Shown: positions 14,744 through 21,237 of the stretch, one piece after another
Layout: every line of letters begins with the position of its first letter
How positions within the stretch are numbered: the first letter of the stretch is position 1
NCBI RefSeq assembly: GCF_000284115.1
Contig: NC_017080.1
Span: forward strand, 3,420,001 to 3,452,000
DNA: 32,000 nucleotides
Direction: 5' to 3'
From: Phycisphaera mikurensis NBRC 102666
GTDB taxonomy: Bacteria > Planctomycetota > Phycisphaerae > Phycisphaerales > Phycisphaeraceae
Made by a program: the position numbers and the translations under genes
Notes under the pieces: model-generated
What the model was told of the DNA's origin: nothing
What the model saw: only the letters and a program-made list of their open reading frames with translations
The model's database searches: none

Positions 14744-15463
14744 TCAGAACGCGGCGACGTAGTAGACGCGGGACTCGTCGTCCTCCGCGACCAGGACGGC
14801 TTCGTCGCCCTTGTTCAGGACGACGCTCTCGTCGCGGGTGCGGGCGTGGAGCTTGAGGGGGGCGCCGGCGGTGGCGACCTCGACCTGGCCGCCGCGGGTG
14901 TCGACGGTCAGCGAGGAGACGGTGCAGCGGCGGCCGAGCAGCTTCAGGTTGCTTTCGGCCTCGCTGTCGGCCTCCATCGTCTTGACCATTCTTGCGATCG
15001 GCATCGTCACGAGCTTCATGACGATCAGCGAGACGAGCAGCACGGGGACGAAGAAGAGCAGCTGGAAGAGCAGGCCCCAGCCGCCGAAGACCGGGTACGC
15101 GAGCACGCCGATGGCCCAGAGCGACAGCAGCAGCACCGACCACAGGACCAGGATCGGCACGCGGCCGACGTTGAGGAACTCCAGCGTGTCGCCGACGAAG
15201 CCGTGGGCGCCGACGTCGCCGTCCACGTCGGCGTCGCCGGCGTCGAAGTCCAGGTCCAGCGAGTCGATGCCGACGGCACCGAGGATCACCACGAGCCAGT
15301 AGAGGCCCGTGACGCACAGCAGCACGCTCAGCACCAGGTTGACCGGGCTCGCGACGCAGGCGTTGAAGAAGTCGATCACCAAGTCCGCCCTTCGCCACGC
15401 GGTCGCTCCCGGGTTGCGGCCGCGTGGGGAGGCTCGGAAACTCCCCCGGGGGGAGACTCGCAT
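14744..15463 (-). CDS. NfeD/YqiJ-like inner-membrane protein (DUF1449-type, C-terminal OB-like domain)
   Basis: This is the C-terminal part of track ORF 14744..16162. The first ATG in the plausible region is 15461-15463; an alternative GTG at 15377-15379 (VIDFFNACV...) may be the true start. It has an acidic loop (DSLDLDFDAGDADVDGD), three or four TM helices and a C-terminal beta segment, LLGRRCTVSSLTVDTRGGQVEVATAGAPLKLHARTRDESVVLNKGDEAVLV. This is the layout of YqiJ-type NfeD partners of flotillins. Confidence 0.75.
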   Translation of the reverse strand: MRVSPRGSFRASPRGRNPGATAWRRADLVIDFFNACVASPVNLVLSVLLCVTGLYWLVVILGAVGIDSLDLDFDAGDADVDGDVGAHGFVGDTLEFLNVGRVPILVLWSVLLLSLWAIGVLAYPVFGGWGLLFQLLFFVPVLLVSLIVMKLVTMPIARMVKTMEADSEAESNLKLLGRRCTVSSLTVDTRGGQVEVATAGAPLKLHARTRDESVVLNKGDEAVLVAEDDESRVYYVAAF

Positions 15464-15528
15464 TCTAAAGGTTTCCGCGGACCGTGGAGGTTCCCGCCGC
15501 CTGTGCGTCGCGGTCCGCGGGTGCGGCG

Positions 15529-17655
15529 TCAGCGGGTCCAGGCGCGGCCCGCCAGCGCTTCGAGCACGAGCAGAGCGAGCACGACCCAGAGCAGACCGGC
15601 GGCGAGGGAGGCCCGCGCCGGGTCGCCGGCGAAGGCGGCGGCGGGGTCGTCGGCGGGGAGGAACGCGACGGGCCCGAGGCCGGCGTACGCGGCGGCGACG
15701 CGGGAGGCCGCCTGGCCGGTGGTGTCGGCCGGGGCGGGCGAGACCACGGTTCCGCCGGAGAGGCCGGCACGGCCGCCCGTCGCGTCGCCCGCGGCGGCGA
15801 CGGCCGGCTCCGCCTCGGCGCGGGCGGCGACGGCGGCGAGCAGGCCGTCGCGCAGCAGCGCGGGGAAGAGCGGCTTGGCCGGCAGGTTCGTCCAGGCGGG
15901 ATCGAGGGCGGTGGCGAGGTAGACGACGCGGCCGGCGGCCTCGGCGGAGCGGGCGGAGGCGGTGAGCGGCACGCCCGCGGCGGAGCGGATCCAGACGTCG
16001 GCCGGATCGACGCCGGCCGGCGCCGCGAGCCGATCGATGCGGAGCGGGCGGAGAAGCGCCTCCCACTGGCCGGCGAGCAGCGCGAGCGTCGCGGGAGCGG
16101 GCCGGGAGGCGTCGGCGCGGATGGGCCCCTCGGCGCCCTCCGCCGCGGGGGACGGCCGCCACGGGAGGCCCAGCGCCTCGAACAGCGCGCCCAGGCCGGC
16201 TCCGGGCTCGTCTTCGGGTGCCGCGGCGGAGGGCGTGACCCAGGCGGCACCGCCGGCGGCGACGAACGCGGCGACGGACGCGCGGCCCGCCGGGCCCAGC
16301 GCGGCGGGGTCGAGCGTGACGACGGCGTCGAGCGTGTCGTCGCCGCCTCCGGGCGGGACCAGCGCCACCGGCGAGCCGAGCGGGCGGACCGCAAAGCCGG
16401 TGCCCTCCCCCAGCGCCGCGGCGGCGAAGTCGGAGGGCGCGAGGCCGCCGTCGGCCGATTCCCCGCCGAGCAAGCCCACGCGCACGGCCTCCACCAGCTC
16501 CACGCGGGCGAGGCCGGCGTCGTCGGCGGCGACGGCGTCGCCGGCGGGCGGATCCAGCGTGGCGAGCAGCAAACGGCGGCCGGGCGCGAGCGGCTCGGGC
16601 GCCTCCAGCGGGACGCGCACGACCGCCTCGGCGACGCCGGCGTCGAGGGTGACCTCGCGGCGGCCGGTTGCGAGCGCCGGCCGCTCCGCGAGCGCCGCGA
16701 GCGGGGTGAAGCCGGCGGCGGCCGCGGGTTCGACCAGCTTGACGACGACGGAGGCGTCGGCCGCCGCGCCGGCGGCGCCCGCGGCTTCGCCCGCCCGGCG
16801 GACCCGCACGAGGGCCTCGAGCCGGCCCGCCGAGCGGGACGCGGCGGCGTCACCCGCCGCGACCACCGCCCGCGTCGGGCGGACGCCGCCGAGGGCGAGG
16901 TTCGGCACGCCGGCCGCCGGCCGCGACAGCCAGACCCGCGGACCCACGCCGTTTCCGCCCTCCGGGGCCCACGGTCCGCGGCCGGCCACGCCCTCCTCGG
17001 GGAAGTGGGGGGAGAGCACGACCACCGCGGCCTCGCGGCCGGCGGCGGCGTCGGCACGGGCCGCCTCGGCGACGCGCGGGAGCACAGCCTCCCGGGCTGG
17101 CGCGGCGTCGGTCACGCCAAGGCCGGCGACCCGCTGGCGGGCGGCCGCGGGGGCAAGCGACGGCGGATCGCCGGCGTCCCCGCCGCCGGCGAGCGGCCAG
17201 ATCCGCACGCGGTCCGCGGGGTCGAGCGAAGCGAGCACGGCGTCGGCTTCACGCAGGGAGCGGGCGAGGAAGGCGTCTTCCTCGCCCGGCAGCCGTGCAC
17301 CCGACGCGATCCCGTTGTCGATCACGAGGTCCACCGACCGCCCCGCGGCCCCGGCGACCCCCAGCGCCGAGGCGAGCCGCCCGCTCACCAGCGGCCCCGC
17401 CAGCGCGAGCCCGAGCAGCACGAGCAGCAGGCAGCGGCAGCCCAGCAGCAGCCACCGCTCGAAGCGGAGCCGGCGACGCTGCTTCTGGATGGCCTCCCGC
17501 AGGAAGCGCATCGCCGCCCACGGGCGCTGCTTGCGGCGTCGCCGCGAGAGCAGGTGCAGCGTGACCGGCACCGCCACCGCCGCGACGCCCGCCACCGCGA
17601 GCGCCGGCGCGACCAGCGAGGCGGCGGCCTGGGCGAGAACGAACGGAGCCTGCAT
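15529..17655 (-). CDS. BatA-like N-terminal double-transmembrane domain protein (708 aa) with a degenerate vWA-like region
   Basis: The N-terminus, LVAPALAVAGVAAVAVPVTLHLLSRRRRKQRPWAAMRFL...WLLLGCRCLLLVLLGLALAGP, matches the aerotolerance-regulator BatA N-terminal pattern. It is followed by VDLVIDNGIAS (a weak MIDAS-like position). It lies 36 bp downstream of the DUF58 gene. Confidence 0.75.
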   Translation of the reverse strand: MQAPFVLAQAAASLVAPALAVAGVAAVAVPVTLHLLSRRRRKQRPWAAMRFLREAIQKQRRRLRFERWLLLGCRCLLLVLLGLALAGPLVSGRLASALGVAGAAGRSVDLVIDNGIASGARLPGEEDAFLARSLREADAVLASLDPADRVRIWPLAGGGDAGDPPSLAPAAARQRVAGLGVTDAAPAREAVLPRVAEAARADAAAGREAAVVVLSPHFPEEGVAGRGPWAPEGGNGVGPRVWLSRPAAGVPNLALGGVRPTRAVVAAGDAAASRSAGRLEALVRVRRAGEAAGAAGAAADASVVVKLVEPAAAAGFTPLAALAERPALATGRREVTLDAGVAEAVVRVPLEAPEPLAPGRRLLLATLDPPAGDAVAADDAGLARVELVEAVRVGLLGGESADGGLAPSDFAAAALGEGTGFAVRPLGSPVALVPPGGGDDTLDAVVTLDPAALGPAGRASVAAFVAAGGAAWVTPSAAAPEDEPGAGLGALFEALGLPWRPSPAAEGAEGPIRADASRPAPATLALLAGQWEALLRPLRIDRLAAPAGVDPADVWIRSAAGVPLTASARSAEAAGRVVYLATALDPAWTNLPAKPLFPALLRDGLLAAVAARAEAEPAVAAAGDATGGRAGLSGGTVVSPAPADTTGQAASRVAAAYAGLGPVAFLPADDPAAAFAGDPARASLAAGLLWVVLALLVLEALAGRAWTR

Positions 17656-17661
17656 CGGCGG

Positions 17662-17667
17662 ACGCTA
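17662..17667 (-). promoter_or_regulatory. -10-like hexamer TAGCGT, 6 nt upstream of the ATG of the BatA-like gene (leaderless-type arrangement)
   Basis: The mRNA-sense sequence is TCCCGTAGCGTCCGCCGATG (17672..17653). There is no Shine-Dalgarno. Confidence 0.35.
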
Positions 17668-17691
17668 CGGGAGCGGACGGACGCCCGCGGG

Positions 17692-18705
17692 TCAGGCCCG
17701 CATCGCGGAGGAGCGCTGGGCGAGGGCGGCGGCGAGCTGCGCGCCCGGCGGCTCGTCGGTGCGCATCAGGCGGTGGTCGTAGCCGAAGCGGGTGCAGGCG
17801 GCGCCGACGGCGGCGAGGTGCTCCCCAACGGCGGCGCGGTAGGCCTTCCGCAGCGACCTGGGGTCGGCACCGACGCGGCCGCCGCCCTCGAGGCCGACGA
17901 ACTCGGCTGGCTCGTCGCCGCCGGGCCCGCTGCCCAGGTCCAGCTCCACCGGATCGAGCACCTGCAGCACGAGCGTGTCGTGGTTCGCTCCGCCGTGCCG
18001 CAGCCGGCCCAACGCCGACTCCAGCGCCGCGACCGGGTCGAGGAGGTCGGCGAGGATCACGACGAGCCCGCGCCGGCCGCCGCCGCCGCCCAAGCCGCCG
18101 GCGATGCGGCCGGCGGCGGCGAGGAGGCCCGCGCCCCGGTCGTCTTCCTCGGCGGCCTCCCCGCCGGACGCCTCGGCCTCGGCCACGCCCGCCGCGTCGA
18201 GCGCGGCGGTGACTTCCTCGGCGTGGCCCGACGCGTTGCTCGGCGGCAGGCCGCCGCTCACGCCCGCGTCGAACAGCACGAGCCCGACGCGGTCGCGCTG
18301 GCGGGTGCCCAGGTGCGCGAGCGTGCCGGCGAGCACGGCGGCGTGGTCGAACTTGCTCCAGGCGTCCGGCCGCGTCCGGCCGCCGGGCCGGACCGCACCG
18401 CCGGCGCCACCCGCGAAGCGCATCGACGCGGACCGGTCGACGGCGAGGGTCAGCTCCAGCTGGCTCTCCCGCTCGAACTGCCGCAGGTGGGCCTTGTCGG
18501 TGCGGGCGAGCACCTTCCAATCGAGGTGCCGCAGGTCGTCGCCGGCGACATAGGGCCGGTGCTGCGCGAACTCGGTGGAGACGCCGGAGAGCGGCGTGCG
18601 GTGCCCGCCGGAGAGCAAGCCCTCAACGACGAGGCGGCTGCGTAGCTCGACCCCCTCGACGGCGCGGAGCGTCTCGGGATCGGGATGGAGGCTTCTCTCC
18701 GGCAC
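17692..18705 (-). CDS. DUF58 domain protein (vWA-like partner of MoxR ATPases)
   Basis: 337-aa ORF starting at GTG 18703-18705. GGHRTPLSGVSTEFAQHRPYVAGDDLRHLDWKVLARTDKAHLRQFERE...LAVDRSASM is the canonical DUF58 signature. Confidence 0.85.
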   Translation of the reverse strand: MPERSLHPDPETLRAVEGVELRSRLVVEGLLSGGHRTPLSGVSTEFAQHRPYVAGDDLRHLDWKVLARTDKAHLRQFERESQLELTLAVDRSASMRFAGGAGGAVRPGGRTRPDAWSKFDHAAVLAGTLAHLGTRQRDRVGLVLFDAGVSGGLPPSNASGHAEEVTAALDAAGVAEAEASGGEAAEEDDRGAGLLAAAGRIAGGLGGGGGRRGLVVILADLLDPVAALESALGRLRHGGANHDTLVLQVLDPVELDLGSGPGGDEPAEFVGLEGGGRVGADPRSLRKAYRAAVGEHLAAVGAACTRFGYDHRLMRTDEPPGAQLAAALAQRSSAMRA

Positions 18706-18711
18706 GCGCGG

Positions 18712-18717
18712 AGGCTA
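18712..18717 (-). promoter_or_regulatory. -10-like hexamer TAGCCT, 6 nt upstream of the GTG of the DUF58 gene; its TA is the IS630 target duplication
   Basis: The mRNA-sense sequence is TAGCCTCCGCGCGTG. The IS end abuts the TA at 18716-18717. Confidence 0.35.
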
Positions 18718-18725
18718 GTGCCGCG

Positions 18726-19439
18726 TCACGCCGCGATCCGCGGGTAGAGGCTCAGCAGCTTGATCCGGGCGTCATCGGCGGTGAACTGCCAGTGCACGCC
18801 TCGCTGGCTCTGGTTGCGAGCGGCCGCCCAGGCTCGGGCCTCGCGATCGATCTCCTGGATGGTGTCGATCCGTCGGCCGAGGCATTGCCTTGAGAGCACA
18901 CTCAGTTCGCACTCGGCGATGTTCAGCCACGAACCGTGGGCCGGCGTGTGCACCAGCTCGATCCGCTCAGCGATCCGCCGCGCCTCTGCTGCCTCGAATG
19001 CTTCGTACAACGACGCGATCCTGTGGGTGTTCAGGTTGTCGCACACCAGGCGGATCCGCGTCGCTGACTCGTAACGCGGGGCGTCCACCAACGCCTGGAT
19101 CTGGTGGGCCCAGTCCGCCGCGGTGCGTCGCCGACTGGTCCGAACGTCCCGCCACCCAGCCAACGGCTCGGTGAACATCCACAGGTTGCAGGTGCCGTGC
19201 CGCACGTACTCGTGGTCCTCGATCCGACGGCCGGTGGAGTCGGTGAAGCGGCGGCGGGTCTCGCCGATGAGCTGCTTGGGCTGCTCGTCCATGCACACCA
19301 CCGGCAACGCCGGGTCGTAGGCGAGCGCGTACAGGCACAGCACCGCCTCCATGGCCGCGACGAAGGCCGCGGACTGCTCCGGCGGGATGCACCACATCTT
19401 CTTCCTCCACGGCTTCAGGCCGTTTTTTGAAGAGCGCAC
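18726..19439 (-). CDS. IS630-family transposase, DDE catalytic part (orfB, probably expressed by -1 frameshift fusion)
   Basis: NGLKPWRKKMWCIPPE is the typical IS630 junction motif. Acidic triad candidates are VVCMDEQP, LVCDNLNTH and WLNIAECE. There is no convincing independent start; the track start is a GTG inside the overlap. Confidence 0.85.
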   Translation of the reverse strand: MRSSKNGLKPWRKKMWCIPPEQSAAFVAAMEAVLCLYALAYDPALPVVCMDEQPKQLIGETRRRFTDSTGRRIEDHEYVRHGTCNLWMFTEPLAGWRDVRTSRRRTAADWAHQIQALVDAPRYESATRIRLVCDNLNTHRIASLYEAFEAAEARRIAERIELVHTPAHGSWLNIAECELSVLSRQCLGRRIDTIQEIDREARAWAAARNQSQRGVHWQFTADDARIKLLSLYPRIAA

Positions 19440-19879
19440 CGCACCGCTTCGCGGCTGATCGAGTCCACCACCTTCAGCTCCACCAGCCGGCCGGCCAGGA
19501 GGCGGAGGCTCCAGCGATCATGGCCCTCGGGCGGGTCCGAGCAGGCGATCGTCACCAGCTGAGCTTCGCCTACGCCGTCGAGCTTGCGTTGCATCGCGCG
19601 GTCTTGAGGCTTGCGTTCGAGCAACGAGAGCGGACCGTCCTCGACAGCCTTCTTCCGCCAGCCCTCCACAGTGCGGACACCCGCGTCGAAAGCCTCGGCA
19701 ATCTGCTCGTCGGTCCAGGCCGGGGCGCCGGGCGATTCGTCGCACTTGAGCAGGGCTTGCGCCCGCTGGATCTTCCAGCCGGCGACGCGGCCGCTGCGGA
19801 CCAGCGTGGTCAGCTGCTCCCGCTCGTCGTCGGTGAGGTGGACGTGGTAGAGCTTTCGATTCTTGAGCTTCGTGGCCAT
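19415..19879 (-). CDS. IS630-family transposase, N-terminal HTH part (orfA)
   Basis: Track ORF 19415..19897, trimmed to ATG 19877-19879 (MATKLKNRKLYHV), which is preceded by GGAGGCCAAGG. It has helix-turn-helix-like segments (DEREQLTTLVRSG, DEQIAEAFDAGVRTVEGWRKK). Confidence 0.85.
   Translation of the reverse strand: MATKLKNRKLYHVHLTDDEREQLTTLVRSGRVAGWKIQRAQALLKCDESPGAPAWTDEQIAEAFDAGVRTVEGWRKKAVEDGPLSLLERKPQDRAMQRKLDGVGEAQLVTIACSDPPEGHDRWSLRLLAGRLVELKVVDSISREAVRCALQKTA
19422..19428 (-). promoter_or_regulatory. A6C slippery motif, putative programmed -1 ribosomal frameshift site of the IS630 transposase
   Basis: The minus strand reads CTT CAA AAA ACG GCC TGA in the orfA frame and TCA AAA AAC GGC CTG in the orfB frame. 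A -1 slip on the A run gives ...CALQK-NGLKPWRKKMWCIPP. Confidence 0.6.
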
Positions 19880-20146
19880 CCTTGGCCTCCTTTGCATTCG
19901 GTGGTGAACCCGTGCACGGTGACGCTACACGCCTCACCCGCAGATCGGCGGCAGCCGCGGCACTAGAGCATCCAAGCGGCGTCAAGCTGCCGCTCGGCTG
20001 GGAGCAGACCCCGCCGCCCGCGGCCCGCGAGCCGGGCGATCGTGCGGCGACGCGGCCGCGGGCCGCGGGCTGCGGGCCGCCACCGTGCGGAATCCAGGCG
20101 GGCGTAACGCCATGAACCGATGCGACGCTCGATCCCTCCGCCTGGA

Positions 20147-21154
20147 TCAGGCCGCGAGGCGGTGATCGGAGAGGTCGGCGTCGGCTCCGCTTCCCAGCGG
20201 CCCGAGGTCGGCGGCGGGGGCGCCGCGGAAGCGGAGGTCGGGGGCGTCGGAAGCGGCCGGGGCCTGCCCGCCGCGGCGGCGCTCGCGGTCGGCCTCCCAC
20301 GCCTTCACGAGCGACTCGGTGCTGCGCTGCAGGCGCAGCACGCTCTGCCACTCGGTGTCGAGGTCCTCCTGCGTCTTGGCGGCTTCGGCCTTCGCCTCGT
20401 CGAGCCGCTGCCGCTCGCGGGCGAGGTTCGCACGCTCGGTCTCGAGCGCCTCCCGCTCGCGCTGAAGGTCCGCCTCGACGTCCTGGCGATGGGCGTCGGC
20501 GTCAGCCAACGCCGCGGCGCGCTGCTCCGCGATCCGTTCGGTGGCGGCGGTTTCGCGTTCCTTGGCCTGCTCGGCGGCCTGCGCGTCGGCGGATTCGATC
20601 AGGATCCGCGCGTCACGCTCCGCCTCGGCGACCGTCTCGGCGGCCTGCCGCTCGGCCTCGGCGGCCGCGGCGACGAGCTTCTCGGTCTCGGCCGACCGGT
20701 AGCGGGCGAAGCGCTCCCGGTCGTGCGCGGTCTTCTGCTCCTCGGCCACGAGCGCGTCGCGGCGGGCGGCGAGATCGGCCTCGGCGACCGCGATCCGCTC
20801 ACGCCGCGCGACGAGATCGCTCGTGCTGGCGTCGGCCCACTTCTGCAGCTCCTCGAAGCGGCCCTGCATCTCCGCGAGCAGGCCGCCGGCGAGGTCGGGG
20901 ACCTCGGGCAGCGGGGTCGCCGGCGCGACGGTCGGCTCGGCCGCGGCTTCCGGCTCCGCCTCGCCGCCGGCCTCCGGCGCCGCCACCGCGAGCGGGCCGA
21001 AGACCGCGTCGGGATCCAGGTCCGACGCGTCTCCGAGCCCGTCCGTGAGCCCCAACGCGAGCTCCATGAGCCCCGAGCCGCCGGTGGAGGCGCGCGGGCC
21101 GGCTTGGGCGGCGGCGTGGGAAGGATCGGAACGCTTGGATCGAGAGCGGGGCAT
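20147..21154 (-). CDS. coiled-coil protein, function unknown
   Basis: Only the last 335 aa of the 1529-aa track ORF 20147..24736 look coding. The start is ATG 21152-21154 (MPRSRSK) or ATG 21065-21067 (MELALGL). It has a long A/E/R/Q heptad-like region (AEADLAARRDALVAEEQKTAHDRERFARYRSAETEKL...ERANLARERQRLDEAKAEAAKTQEDL). Confidence 0.6.
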   Translation of the reverse strand: MPRSRSKRSDPSHAAAQAGPRASTGGSGLMELALGLTDGLGDASDLDPDAVFGPLAVAAPEAGGEAEPEAAAEPTVAPATPLPEVPDLAGGLLAEMQGRFEELQKWADASTSDLVARRERIAVAEADLAARRDALVAEEQKTAHDRERFARYRSAETEKLVAAAAEAERQAAETVAEAERDARILIESADAQAAEQAKERETAATERIAEQRAAALADADAHRQDVEADLQREREALETERANLARERQRLDEAKAEAAKTQEDLDTEWQSVLRLQRSTESLVKAWEADRERRRGGQAPAASDAPDLRFRGAPAADLGPLGSGADADLSDHRLAA

Positions 21155-21237
21155 CGGCGGGGCTCGGGGGTGGGTTCGGGCCGTCGCGTCGCTGCGACCG
21201 GCTCCGCCGACTCCATCGGCACCCCCCGCCCGCCGCT

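Larger units (their letters stand above)
18718..19963 (-). mobile_element. IS630-family insertion sequence (1246 bp) with TA target-site duplication in a CTAG site
   Basis: The terminal inverted repeats are gtgccgcgtcacgccgcgatccgcgggt (18718-) and the reverse complement of ...acccgcagatcggcggcagccgcggcac (-19963). The first 8 nt are identical, about 21/28 overall. TA is present at 18716-18717 and 19964-19965. The reconstructed empty site ggCTAGag contains CTAG, the classical IS630 target. Two overlapping transposase ORFs lie inside. Confidence 0.9.

Noticed and set aside
14733-15398. 221-aa minus-strand ORF overlapping the NfeD-like gene in another frame.
   Set aside because: It is an Arg/Pro-rich shadow frame. 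The competing frame encodes coherent TM helices and an OB-like C-terminal segment.
18706-20146. A MoxR ATPase gene upstream of DUF58, possibly disrupted by the IS.
   Set aside because: The IS insertion is clean (TA duplication, intergenic). The 181 bp beyond it contain no P-loop ORF remnant, and the next upstream gene is an unrelated coiled-coil protein.
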